A stretch of 64,000 bases of DNA from contig OZ024741.1 in assembly GCA_964016885.1 (NCBI GenBank), positions 154,132,001 through 154,196,000 of the forward strand, given 5' to 3'. This document shows, in pieces, positions 13,471-27,350 of the stretch. The notes under the pieces are model-generated. The model saw only the letters and a list, made by a program, of their open reading frames with translations. It ran no database searches and was not told the DNA's origin. How positions within the stretch are numbered: the first letter of the stretch is position 1; every line of letters starts with the position of its first letter. The DNA comes from Eledone cirrhosa (lineage: Eukaryota). Both the position numbers and the translations under genes were made by a program.

Positions 13471-16400
13471 AAACAGAGCCCCCACGCATCACCAGTATTA
13501 TTACGCGGACCAATCAGAAACCAGAGGCCTATACTATCGCTTGCCTGGTTGCCTTTCGATATATGATGGATGGATGGACTGCGGAATCCTGGAGAGTGGA
13601 GGTGAGAGAGAGAAAAATCTGGACGCTCAGCGACAATGCCAAAGATAAAGACAAATTCACCTCTTGGACGAGAATGCGAGCACTCCTCATTGTTTCGACC
13701 GCGGACGGCTAACATAACCCCATCGCCCACCGCCCCCAACCCCCAAACGCAATCCAAAACTTCAGAGTTGGTACCATAAATGTAGGCACCCTAAAGGGTC
13801 GCGCTAACGAGGTTGTAGAAATGCTTGAACGTAAGGAGGTCGATGTTTGTTGTATTCAAGAGACCAGGTGGAGGGGTGGGTCTGCTAGGTTCATTGAGGG
13901 TAAAAAACGATGTTATAAGCTTTTCTGGGTGGGAAACGACGATGGGCTGGGTGGAGTAGGAATCATGGTAGCAGAAAAGTGGGCAGATAAGATAATAGAC
14001 GTAAATAGAGTGAACGACAGAATAATTAAAATACGACTTGTCCTCAATAGAACTACGGTGACAGTAATATCTGCGTACGCACCCCAATCGGGACTGCCCG
14101 GCACTATAAAAGACAGATTCTATGAGACACTGATGCTAACTACCTCCCAAATATCCGACAGTGACTATATAATTATCGCAGGCGACCTAAATGGTCACGT
14201 TGGACAACATTGTGACGGCTACGACGAAATCCATGGAGGCTATGGGTTTGGTACTAGAAATGAGGAAGGCTCCAGAATCCTGGAATTCTGTGATGCAAAT
14301 AACCTAACTATCTGTAACACTAACTTCAAAAAACGTGACAATCACCTGATCACCTATAGATCCGGGGAACACACAAGCCAGGTAGATTATATCCTTACCA
14401 GAAGACGTGACAGAGTGTCTGTTGTAAACACTAAATCCCTCCCCCATGAAGAATGCACCTCCCAACATAGACTGATAATTAGCGACCTCATAGTCAGGAC
14501 GAGACGTACTCGACAACAGAAGAGGACTATCCTCAGGAGGAAAATATGGAAGCTAAAAGACCCCACAGCCAGGAATAAATTTCAAAGCATATTACTTGAT
14601 GCTTTCGACAGTAAGGAAGAACATTTAGAGTCGGACAATATAGAGGGAGAGTGGGAATTTCTGAAAGCAAACCTGCTGTTGGCGACAGACGAAGTCTGTG
14701 GCTGGAGCAGGCCTGTAGGCAGGAGGAGAGTAACATGGTGGTGGAACAGTAAGGTGGAGGGGTCAATTAAGGCCAAAAAGCAGGCTTGGAAAGTATGGCG
14801 GGATGGGGGAAGTAGAGAGGACTATCAAGTGGCCAGGAGGGAAGCTAGGAGACAAGTGTACTTAGCAAGAAGGGAAGCTAAGGAAAGAAAGTTCAAGCAT
14901 GTTCTACAACGCGATGACCAAAAACGTGAGGTGTTCAGGATTGCTAGGCAATGCGTCAAGGAAAACCGTGATATTGTCGGGGAGAAGTGTGTACTAAACG
15001 ACGATGGCACACTTGCCATCACCGACGCTGATAAGAAGGTAGCTTGGAAGTGCTACTAAATGAGGAGAATAAATGGGAGAAAGGCAGTCTCCCCCATATC
15101 GACCCAATAGAGGGACCAGCAGTGTTAGTCGAGGGGAGTATAATAAGTAAGGCAATCAAGGATATGAAGACGGGTAAGGCGGCTGGGCCTTCGGAAATAG
15201 TTGCTGAGATGCTGAAGGCATCTGGCACGGTGGGACACACCATGGTCACCCGCATAGTTAACCAAGTCGTACAGAATGGGGTTGTTCCGAAGGACTGGCA
15301 TAGCAGCATCATCGTTAACTGTTATAAGGGTAAAGGAGACGCCCTAGATAGGAGTAACTATAGAGGCATTAAATTAATCGACCAGGTCATGAAGGTCACG
15401 GAAAAAGTAATAGCGCAACTAATCAGAGAGAGAATTGACCTAGATGAAATGCAGTTCGGGTTTGTGTCAGGCAAAAGTACCACAGACGCTCTTTTCATAG
15501 TACGACAACTACAGGAGAAGTACCTAGCTAAAGGTAAACCCCTCTACTTAGCTTTTGTCGACTTGGAGAAAGCTTTCGACAGAGTCCCCCGCTCCATTAT
15601 CTGGTGGGCTCTTAGAAAACTAGGTGTTGACGAATGGCTTGTGAGGGCTATACAAGCCATGTATAAAGAAACAGTCAGCAAGGTTAGAATTAACAACGAA
15701 TATAGTGAAGAGTTTAGCGTAAAAGTTGGCGTCCATCAGGGCTCTGTTCTCAGCCCACTACTATTTATTATTGCCCTTCAGGCTATAACAGAGGAGTTCA
15801 AGACAGGCTGCCCATGGGAACTCCTATACGCAGACGACCTGACACTCATAGCGGAATCAATGGCCGAGCTAGAGAAGAAATTCCAAACATGGAAGCACGG
15901 CCTAGAGTCAAAAGGACTTAAAATTAACCTGGCTAAGACCAAAGTACTAGTTCGTAGGAAAGAAAACAAGGCGGCGGTCCCTTCTGGGAAATGGTCGTGC
16001 TCGGTGTGTAGGAAAGGCTTAGGTAGAAACTCCATTTTATGTCCTAAATGCAAAGTATGGGTGCATAAAAGATGTAGTGGGATCACAGGTAAGCTAACTA
16101 AGAACATAGATTTTGAACATAGATTTTACATGTGACCGGTGCTCTGGTGCAATAAGTAGCAGCAAGTGCCCACAAACTACTAGCTCTTTCAATTGCGCAG
16201 AGGGTTCTATAGAAATAGTGGACAGCTTCCGTTACCTGGGCGATAAAATCAGCAGTGGGGGAGGGTGCTCTGAAAGTACTGTAGCTAGAGTCAGAACTGG
16301 TTGGAAAAAGTTCAGAGAGCTTATACCACTATTAGCTGCTAAAGGGTTCTCACTAAAAATGAAAGGCAGGTTGTACGATGCCTGCATACGAACAGCAATG

Positions 16401-17188
16401 CTGCATGGCAGTGAGACCTGGGCATTGTGCGCAGAGGATATACGCAGACTAGAGAGGAACGAAGCTTGCATGCTCCGCTGGATGTGTAATAGTAATATAC
16501 GTGAACGGCAAAGCATAAACGAACTAAGGAAAAAATTAGAAATAAGAGGGATCAGATGTTGTTTACTCGAGAGAAGGCTACGTTGGTACGGACACGTGAT
16601 GCGCATGAAAGTCGATAGCTGTATAACAAAGTGCAGGGCAATAAAGATAGACGGTAGCCACGGAATAGGCAGACCTAGAAAATCCTGGGACGAGCTGATA
16701 AACTCCGACCTCACACACTTACACCTCTCCAAGACAATGTCACTGGACCGAGACCTTTGGCGGTACTCAGTAACAGAGAAGACCCGCCTTACCTAAATAC
16801 ATAGTAAAACCTACTACAGCCAGTAGGCATCTCTAACAAAATACACCCCTTCCCACCACCCCCACCCCATCCACACCACCCCCTTCTATGTAAAGTTATG
16901 TCGGTGCCACACCATCCAGGCCGAAACAAATGAGATCGTGTAGGTGTCACGACAAAAAAACACACAGTCCACGCTGTAATGTGGCCGTGTAGGCAACACG
17001 GTAAAAACCTCCCAGACCCACACTGTAAATGTGGTTGGTGTTAGGAAGGGCATCCAACTGTAGAAAACCTGCCAGACAGTCCTATGCGAGCAAGACAATC
17101 ACTCTTGCCTCAAGTGGGACTACCCCCGTCCAAACCCATGCAAGCGTGGAACACGGACATTAAACGATGATGATGATGATGATGATGA
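13471..17188 (+). mobile_element. Near full-length RTE (BovB-like) LINE: APE + RT + PHD-like finger, two frameshifts, (GAT)n tail
   Basis: APE motifs GTINVG, CIQETRW, AGDLNGH, QVDYIL, SQHRL; RT motifs QFGF, AFVDLEKAFD, GVHQGSVLSP, LYADD; ORFs 13821-15059, 15044-16135, 16113-16796; 3' UTR ending in (GAT)n. Confidence 0.95.
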
Positions 17189-17489
17189 TACATACATATA
17201 CATATATATACATATACATACATATATACACATATACATATATATATACATATATATACACATATACATACACATATACATACATATATATACACATATA
17301 TATACATATACACATATATATATATAAAAGTTTATCCAGGTTCAATCAGGGATATATATATATAATCATCATCATCATCATATATATATATATATATATA
17401 TATAAAATAACTGAATTCAAGATACATATATATATATATATGTATCTTGAATTCAATTCCTCCTAGTTACTTAAGTATTCAGTAAGGAT

Positions 17490-17930
17490 AGGGTAAGAAT
17501 TATTTGTACTTTAAAAACAAATATAAAAATACACAAACACACACGTTTTGATTTGCAAACAAAAGGAAAAGTGTTGAAGAACAAAATCCACAGGGGATAC
17601 ACAGCGACATTTATGTGGCTCGCAGATCTGGCGGCCAAGCCTCAAGGAAACGCCGATGCGCAGTCTATCGTTATCCAGCTGCGTGCCAGTAGAGAAGGAA
17701 AGCAAGACATGGAGCCAGGCACCACTGTGGGGTTTGGAGGCCGCGCGAAAACAGGCAAGGCGGTGCTGGTCGAGCTGCCACGTGAGCCTGTCTGAGGCCA
17801 GGCTGCACTGGATGGCATCCCAAATGCTTTGAGGGACTTGACGTCAGCAGGAGGGACGTCTACTGGGCTAAGTCCCAGCCGGTCCCACTTCTCACAGGTG
17901 GCTTCACGTTCCCCGATCACAGAGTTTTCC
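17490..17930 (-). mobile_element. CRE-clade (RLE-type) non-LTR retrotransposon fragment
   Basis: LDNDRLRIGVSLRLGRQICEPHKCRC motif shared with the larger copy at 37-39 kb. Confidence 0.7.
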
Positions 17931-18229
17931 ATTGTTTTGGAGAACCCTAAGAATTAAACTTCAAATAATGAGAAATGAAATGGAAAGTTGGCACGTTTAT
18001 TCAATTATAGAAAAGCAATGAAGTATATATGGTAAATATAATACAATGTATATAATAGGAAGTATTTAAAAGTACATATGATCTATAGGATTTGAAGCTT
18101 CATTCTCTAAGATCTTACTGCCACACCACTACTATAACTACTACTTTGAATTGGTAATTTCATATAATACAAAATCTGAAATCCGAGAGACAAAACTAAA
18201 TTCTATAATCTTGTGCTTTTGGTTCCCAA

Positions 18230-21200
18230 TCTTTTTACTACTGAGATATATTTTTTATGTAACACCTTGGTTACTATATTTCCAATGAAATATGGTTTTC
18301 AAATTATTTTGGAAAATATAAACTTTTTTATTATTAAACTGGTGTTCATAACATAACTTCACAAAGGTTCTTACATAAAAAAAATTATGATAGGTTTTTA
18401 GATAAATATAAACACTTTAAAATAAACAATCTTTTAATATAAAAACAAGGACGGTTTCAGGTGGTTTGGTATCAAACCCCCACCACCTTTGCTGCAATTA
18501 TTCCCTTCCTAGACTATTATAAGTTGACAATAACAATTGAAAAAAGGAAAAATGTCATTAGAACTGTGTGAAGAATTTAAAAGTAAATCTTGGAAAGCTA
18601 GAGCTGAATTTGGAGTGAAAGATCAGCAAGAATTATTTGCAAAAATAAAACAAGGAGAGTTATAAACAGTATGGAAGGACTTTAATAGGAGAAAAGGACA
18701 AGAATACTTCACATCCTTTTTTTTTTTTTTACATTGGTATAAGGCCACAAATTTGTTGGAGTAAGATAAAAATTGAAATTATGCAATATTTAATAACAAT
18801 TTAAGTGAAACTGGAAGGTCATCACAAATATCCCAGGAAAACGAACAAGACAAATATAGACATAGAAAACAAACTAATGTCCCAATTAAACTAGACTAAA
18901 AACTAAGAAAAAGTATTAGGGGGTTTATAAATAAGATCCTATTAACAAAACTAGCTCAGAGATGCAGCAAACTCACAAAAAAAGTGTGCAGAAAATATGA
19001 AAAAATAATCGATTACCTCCTCGTCAGATGCCATGTTCTCCCTTCAACAGAATGTATATTACACTAACACAACTAAGTAACAGTATTTCTATTACTGAAA
19101 CATTTTTAGAAATCTAAGATAAAATCAACAAACAGACAAGTGGTATAAATACCAAACATCTAGTCAGTAGAAAAGAAAAGGTCACCCTCCTCAGAAGAAT
19201 ACACCCATCATGATAGACAAGACAATTAAGGCCAACAAGTAAGAGTGCAATACAACTTATTCAAAATAGAAAGATCTAGAAACAGAAATGTGAATAATGA
19301 ACAGAGATAATTAACATCATTGATCATAAGTACCATATATTCTTGTGTATAACTTTTTCGTTAGCATATTTTAATAGAAGACTGCCTATGATCTTCCAAA
19401 TAACCCACTTTTTTTACAATATTTCTAATGGAAAACACTGCCTATAATTTTGAAAATAATCAAGATTTTGGAGGAATTTACAAATATAACTTTGACATTA
19501 TTAAACTGGCATTTGGAGCAAAACTTACATAAAATTATGGATGTTTTAACAAATAGAAACATAAAAGAAATTGTTTCTTATAGAAATAAGGAGTAGTTTC
19601 ATGCAGTTTGGTACCAACAAGATTGTTGTGCCTCCTTTTTTTTTATACAATATTCTTGGATATATATTTTATAAGCCCAATAGGTAAGTCACGTGCTGGT
19701 TTTTACATCATGTGCATTTCTGTTTTAGACTATGTACACCATATCCCTGCATGTCGTAAGAAGCACTAAAAGGGTTGGTATCAGGAAGAGCATCCAATTG
19801 TAAAATTTTGTCTCAATTAGTGCTGTATAACTCATGCCAGCATAGAAAAGTCAACTTAAAAACTATGATTTTCATTGAACAAAAGTATGACTTACACATG
19901 AGTCAATGCAGTGAAATGTTGGTGGAAAGAGAAAAATAATAGGCTGTGATAGCATGAAATTCAGAAAATGTATCACGTTTTGGAAATATTTTGTATTTAT
20001 ATTTGAAAGGGTAATGAAAGGGAACACGTCCTTTAGCAGCCTTCACAACTGTGTTTGGATCAGGTTATATAACAGATGCTGTAAAATGTACAAACAGAAA
20101 AGGATATAATTTCTCTCAAATGCACAAGGCCAGAAATTTTGAAAGAATGTATAGTTGGTTATATCAAACTCAGTACATAACTACTCATTTCTACTCAACC
20201 CTAGAAGAATGACACTAATAAAATAATGAAAGAAGGAATATATTTGTGAAACACATTTGAATAAAGATGAATTTAAAATACAAATTACTAAAAATTTAAC
20301 TCGTTTAATAATTAACTCTTTTTATACCAAACTATCTGAAAACTTTATCTTAAAGTGTTTATATTTATCTAAAAAATCTTTTATCATAATTTTATGTAAG
20401 AAGTTTTAAGTTATGTATGTTTCAAACACCAATTCAATAATAAAAAAAGTTAGCTATATTGCCAAATCCATCAAAATTCATTATTTTCCAAACTATTTGA
20501 AAATCACATTTCATTAGAAATGTGTTAAGTATTGAGTTAACAACCTTTTTGTTTGGAAGCAACTGGGAAATAATCTAAACTATAATAAAGTAAGAAACGC
20601 GGGACTGTGTACGGTTTATAATTTTTTATCCCATTAGTAAAATAAGTTGGATTATTTTGAATAAATAATTGTTTCTACTTTAGGCACAAGGGCAGCAATT
20701 ACCCAGTGTATTACTGGTACTTTATTTTATCGACCCCCGTAAGGATGAAAGGCAAAGTTAATGAATGAATATTACATAATTTATCTACTAAATTTCGTGG
20801 CTGTTCATTAAATATATTTTATTATTTATTTAAAGATTCACTTCTTTAAAATTTTCAAATGTCAACACTTCCGGTGGCGATCGCTTAAATAAACATATTA
20901 ATTTTCTGTCACTAATTTTCTCCTAATGCAGTTTATATATATCTTCTTTTTTTTAATGAATCATGGATTACGTTACTGATTACATAAGACAGTGTAACAG
21001 TCTTCGTTCAATTTCTGTGTATATTGTCAATTATGATTTTATTTGATGTATCACATCTTCAAGTATATATATTTGTGTATAATATCAATATACACACTAC
21101 ACATACTAGCAGAAAACCACCCGAAGGGTGGTTTTTCTGCTAGTAATATTAATTATTGTACAAGGTAGTACAAGTAAAAAGTATTATATACACATTAATC

Positions 21201-22823
21201 TTGTCTAAAGTGAAAGAATACAATAATAGTAATTTCTACCATAAAATGTATTATAAGGCTAGAAATTTGGGAGAAGGGAACAATTGGAAAGAAAAGAAGC
21301 TGGCATGCTTCAATAGATGTTTAATACTAATATACATAAACGGCAAAGCATAAATGAACTAAGAGAGAAACTGGGCATAAGAGGGATCAGATGCAGTGTT
21401 CGGGAGATTGCGTTGGTATGGACATGTGATGCGTATGCCGGATGACAGCTGAATAAAAGGTGCAGGACACTCAAAGTTGATGGAAGCTATGGAGTAGGAA
21501 GACCTAGAAAGACTTGGGATGAAGTGATAAAAGCAAACCTTGCACAATTACACCTCTCAAAGGTTATGACACAGGATTGTGATCTCTGACGTTATGCCTT
21601 CCCATGTGCACAGTCCACACTGCAAAGTGGTTGTTTCTGGTGCTATGGCAAAAGTGCCCTGTCCACACTGTAAAGTGGTCATGCTGGTGTCACTACAAAA
21701 AGCACCCTGTCTACACTGAAAAGTGGTTGTGTGGGTGTCATGACAAAAAGCACCCAGCACACAATGTAAATGTGGTTGGCATTAGGAAGAGCATTCAGCT
21801 GTAGGAATCAAGCCAAAATCGGTCCAGTCATCTGCTCTGGCTTGGCTCACATCTGGACAACTCATCTAACCCATGCTAGCATGGAAAAATGCTCATTAAA
21901 CGGTGATGATAATGATGATATATCCATGGCAAAGACATCTCTGTTGGAAAAAAAGCTTTTGAAAGTTGTGACTCCCTTCTTTGATATAATTTGTTTGATT
22001 GCTTTTCATCAAGAACATATCTGCTTCTGAAATAACCATGTATTAATTCTTTACATCCTGTACTAAACCACTTTAGCAAGACATTCTTGAAAACTACAAA
22101 ACAACACTATGACTGCATCACATTAGAAATTAAACTCTACTTTAGTTTACTGAAAATTTCACAATAATTTGTCCACCAGTAAAAATACAATAAACATTTG
22201 AGTTAACAAACCTATTTTTCGATAGTTTTCCCCACCCGAGACATTTAACTGACAGTGTAACTAAGTCTAAGTAGATTGTTAGTTATGATTCATTTAGTAG
22301 GAGCTGATTTCCCTGAAAGCTATGACACATCTAGCTCTCAGTGTATCAGGTTGTAAATATATGCAAAGTTATGATTCATCAATAGGTCACGTTTACCTTG
22401 AAACCAATAACACATCATTCATTTCCTACCACAACAAATATTGAACCAAAACATGTTCAACAACTTCATTACAAACTGTCATAAAATCTATAAGTATCAA
22501 ATGCAACATGAATAAATTTATATCTACTATCAAGGCAAAATGACATTTTTTCACAAGGATTAGATCATCAATTGTTTAACTCTTTTGATAACAAACCACC
22601 TGAAACCGCCCTTGATTCTATGGTACAATATTGTTAGTTTTAAAGCATTTATATTTATCTAAAATCCTTCCATCATAATTTTATATAAGAACCTTTGTTA
22701 AGTTATATCCCAAACACTAACTTAATAATGAAAAAGTTTGTTATGTATTACTAAATCCCTCCAAATTCATTATTTTAAAAATTAATTGAAAATCATATTA
22801 GAAATATGGCCAAACGGGTTAAT
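18230..22823. repeat. Four related TTAA-flanked MITE-like repeats (about 18230-18478 -, 19380-19625 -, 20312-20540 +, 22576-22823 +)
   Basis: Shared end TTAACTCTTTTGATA(A/C)CAAACCACCTGAAACC and shared AT-rich body; the + copies end in G(A/G)GTTAA. Confidence 0.55.
21338..21920 (+). mobile_element. RTE LINE 3' fragment with 3' UTR
   Basis: Similar to 16505-17180 (RLRWYGHVMRM, GRPRKTW, shared UTR, GAT tail). Confidence 0.85.
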
Positions 22824-23419
22824 TTCATATGTTAAGGGTTAATGTCAGCAAAATGTAAAGAGAAAGAGTTCTGCTATGATTTCTAAATATTTAACTTTTT
22901 AGAAACAAAATATACTAATGTATGTGTTAAAGATGGATTCCTTTTTATGGAATACAAAAAAATATTAATAGTGTTGTTTCAAATTCTGTAATCTATAAAA
23001 AGATTATCCTTTTCTTGCTTCTAAAACAAAAATAGTAGGCTTCGAGCTAGGCCTCGTGATCTTACAGGGGTTGAATAAAGAAAAGGTTTTATTTTTGGAG
23101 CAAAAGTTTATTTGAAACCACAATATTTGATTTTGTATAATTTTTATATAATTGTATATGAATGTATTTTTAAAACCTTAAATGAAATTAGTTCCTTTTG
23201 AGATGTTAATTCATTTAGTTTAAGCAAAAATGAGCTTTAAAAGGCACTTGAATAAGATTTTAGACCAATATTTTATATGATTAATAACAATTAAATTTGT
23301 ATCAATACATTTTAAAACAATAACCACTTGAAGGCCATTTTCCCTGCTAAAGCAGAGGTTAGACTTGGAGGCCACATGATAGGCTTCAATAGGATCTTAT
23401 CAATAGGATCCAGCTGGAG

Positions 23420-23720
23420 AGGAAGATTTCCTGTCCTCAATCTTTTTAGATGAATCCATCATACAACTTCCTTTGTCATAGCTACCAGGCAGAGGAAAAC
23501 TTGCCATGCCTTCCTTCTAAAAGAAGGTGGTGGTTCAATTTTCACTATAGACATGGCTGGTAGCTGGATCTCTCCCACACATGATAGCAATTGTTTGACA
23601 CAAGCCCTCAAGTCTGCAATGTACAAGCACTGAGTGATATCATGCAGGACAGTTCCATCACCTTTTGTGCATCTCAGACAGTTCCAGTTGTTGACACTTG
23701 CCTGTAGAACATGTCTCAAA
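23420..23720 (-). mobile_element. Decayed L1/Tx1-like LINE C-terminal (CCHC) fragment
   Basis: CLRC..GTVLHDITQC followed by VFLCLVAMTKEVV* pattern. Confidence 0.45.
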
Positions 23721-24694
23721 CTGTTAACAAATATATACAACATACAAACAATAGCACTACAAGGCACTGCATGCATATTACGAACAGTACTCTCAATATA
23801 GTAAAAACAACAACACCAATAACAACACTGCATACACCCAAAATGCACAGTGCTGTATTCAGTAATGCAATGATGACACAAAAAAACTAACGATAATAAT
23901 AATAAATATATATATGGAACTTCTGGTATTGATGATCTCATGTGATTCACCTTCTAAACTTGGATTATTGTAGAACTGAAGAAATATTTACACTATTCAG
24001 CTTTCATACAGTTGAAATACTATCCTGGTTCATGACCAAGAAATCAGTTATACCCAGGCTTTCAAGGCTCATATTTATTTGCATCATCATCATCATCGTT
24101 TAACGTCTATCTTCCACGCTAGCATGGGTTTAGACTTTATATTATCTAAAAGGCAAAAGACTCACTTCCTCTCATTTACCAGGCGATTCAAAATTCCTAC
24201 TCCCAAAACAGACCATTTTCTCATCCATCATTACTCTTAGTAGAATTCCTGGTATATCAGATTACGTCTATTTTGTTTACTCATTTCTATCATTTTCACA
24301 TTAGTCTTAGAACTGATTTTAAAATATATGTAACATTAAGTTGTCCATCTACACTTAGTCCTATTACATTCAACAAATATATACGTTAAAAACAAAGGAA
24401 GCATTTTATATTTGAAAAGTAATGATATGACTATAAAACTATTGCAAACTTGTATAAACTGAAATGAAGACATAGCTTTATTGCGCAAGTACTTAAACAT
24501 ACACAAACTACATTGAAATAACAGACAGTTATGTTGTTTTGTATGAAAAGGTATTATCTACATTGTTTAATAAACACTGCTTGATATTGAATTGCTCTTC
24601 ACAAATTGGGAAAGGTTATCTACACATTCAAGGATATACCAAGAATATTAATTATGGCATTTCTCCTGCTCTAAAGAATACCATAAAATACTAA

Positions 24695-24895
24695 CAAAAC
24701 AACAAACATGCAATAGATAGAAATATAATGATACTAACACCAAAAATGTGATAGATAGGAAGGTGGAGATAAAAATATATACGATACAAACAAGCATACA
24801 ACAAATAGAAAGGTGGAGATAAAAATATATAGATACTAACAAACATACAACAAATAGAAAGGTGGGGATAAAAATATATAGATACTAACAAACAT
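24695..24895. repeat. Minisatellite, ~49-bp unit
   Basis: Repeated ATACTAACAAACATACAACAAATAGAAAGGTGGAGATAAAAATAT. Confidence 0.8.
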
Positions 24896-25214
24896 GCAGT
24901 GCATAGATATGTGGACAGAAATAAATAAATAAAATGATAGAAACCTCAATAGAATATCAAATTGCTTGGGTCATAAGCAAGGATTATGTTGCAAGCATTT
25001 GGCCAGGTCTCTGGCTAGATTGTGAGGCATTGAAAAGTCATGGGCACTATCCAGTTTAGATTGATGAGGTCTTGCTGAAAATTGTAGGCAGTCAGGAGCA
25101 TATTTAGTTAGACCTTGGCAGTTCAGGTTTGAGGAGCCTCATATAACAAGCACTTTAAAGCCATTTTTCCTGCTAAAGGTTGACCTTGTAAACTCCATGA
25201 CAAGCTTCTACATT

Positions 25215-25650
25215 TTGCTATATTGACTTCGTTCTCCCTCAACAATACTCTAGCTTTCACTTCTTCCACCACCGTCCCAAGTCATATAGTTTTTGTCTTC
25301 TTTTTCTACTTCTCTCTACATTCATTTCCATCACTCCTCTCACCCAACCATCTCATTCCATTTCTCTTTGCATCTATCACTGGCTCTATTCCAATCCTTT
25401 TCTGCAATTCATTATCTGTTATCCTCTCTCTGAGCAATACTGCGCTCATCCACCATACCATTTCCATTTTTACTCTTTCTATCCTCTGCTGCTCTACATT
25501 CTGGGTGATCAACGTATGTCCCGCTCTCATAAGTCAGGGCATTTTTCACACACACAGCTTCCATGTTTCCCTTTAGTTTCAATGACACTTCTCTCCTCAT
25601 TAACACACCACTCAGTTCCCCAATTTCTGTGTATGAATCCTTCATAGAGA
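25215..25650 (-). mobile_element. Decayed RTE LINE 3' fragment
   Basis: ELSGVL..SLKLKG..CV, EMVWWM, RERITDNEL, MRWLG motifs. Confidence 0.65.
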
Positions 25651-26199
25651 AAAATTAAAATACACAGAAAATTACCGAATTTACATATTAAAATCCATTT
25701 AGTGCACAAAATTGTAATTGACAATTTATACATAGAAATTTTAAATACAAAAAACTGAATTTCTCATTATTAAGATGGTGTTTGAAACATAATATAATAA
25801 ATGATGTAGCAAAGGAATGTTCTTCTAACCCATGCAAGCATGGAAAAGCAGACGTAAAAATTGATGATGATGACATACACATCAAGCACCATCATTGATA
25901 TAACTATATAACTATACATATACACACATACACACTATATACACCCCTCCCCTATTTTGATAAATTGACATAAAAGAGACATTGTTAAAGACATACTCTC
26001 TAAAAAATAAAACTGTGTTTATAAACAGGGCCTCTTTCTAGCTCTGTTATTAAAAAGTAGCTCTGTTCGGAGGGGATGAGGGGATGCACCTAGAGGGGGA
26101 CCCTATTTGACAAGGAACGCCTAGGGTATTCACCCCTCTGCTCTCCAATAAATCCAGCCCTGTAGGCAGTGTCTTTTTGTTTAAATATGTGGTAACAAA

Positions 26200-26615
26200 G
26201 AGATTAAAGGATTCTATTTAAATTAAAATTTTCGACCATAATTTAATATCATGAAAGTATTTTTTGAAAAAGAGGATTAAAATAATAAATAGGAAAAGAG
26301 AAAGGGCGATTAAATAATGAAAAAAAGGGTAAAAGAGAAGGGAGAGACAAACACTACATCTCTGGCTAGGCAGTATATTCCAGTTACACCCACTGAACAA
26401 GAAGGCAAAAGCATTGCAGCTGAAAAGAGCCATTCCCCTTCACCGAGCTCCTTCTTCAGGCGGAATGCACTCCTCCCGATTTTGCGGAGGAAAACGGCAG
26501 TCTGGGGACCGAAGACACCAGAGATCTCAACAGCGATTGGCATGAAAAGGAAACAGTCAATCAAGTCCCAATATTTGGCCATCTTCCATTCCTCTCTATG
26601 ATACAGGCTGCAGTG
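26200..26615 (-). mobile_element. CRE-clade RLE 3' fragment
   Basis: KMAKY..FMPIAVEISGVFGP RLE motif. Confidence 0.7.
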
Positions 26616-26789
26616 ACAAGGTTGGAATTGGAGAATGTGTAAACGTTTCAATAAGCAGAATCGTGCGTCATGATGAAAAATAAGACAGCCTGTATGTGGT
26701 CAAGCTACCATCTAGAAATAACAGTCAAAGCAGTACTTATTCATTTAAGCAAGGATTTTTACATTCATTACTAACTTTTTTACTTCATC

Positions 26790-27350
26790 CACTTATTCCT
26801 GAGATGGTCGTTGGGGGCAGAGTCCTCAAACACTTCTTCCAGCAGGTTCTGTCAGAAGCTACTGTCTCCAACTGATCCGGCTGGATCTCCAAGCAAGACT
26901 AGCCAAGCTCATAGATGTTATCCAACCATCATGCTCGGGGTTTACCTCTGAGTCTCCTGTCAGATGGTTTTGCCCATAAAATCTGTCCAGTGATTCTTTC
27001 CTGAGACATACTAAGCACATGTCCATAGTATCGGAGCTGTGATCTCTCATTTCAGAGAAGTAGTGGCTCTACCTGGAGTGACTCTCTGATCTCTGAGCTA
27101 TGGACTTTATAGAGTAACGTTACTCAAAAATTCCTTTGGAGGAACCCCATTTCAGCTGCTTGCATTCATATTCTTTCGGTCATTACCCAAGATTCATGAC
27201 CATAGGTAAGGGTTGGCGCGAATACCGAATTGAAGATTGTAAGTTTGGCTTTAACATCTACCTCCCTTCTTCATATTACCGAATGATGAAGCTAGCACAT
27301 TACTGTACCAGCTCCTGCAATCATGCAGTTAATTCAGCCTCCTGCTTTAA
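26790..27350 (-). mobile_element. Decayed RTE-type LINE 3' fragment
   Basis: Degenerate LRYYGH and GKPRARWLDNI-like segments on the - strand. Confidence 0.55.
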
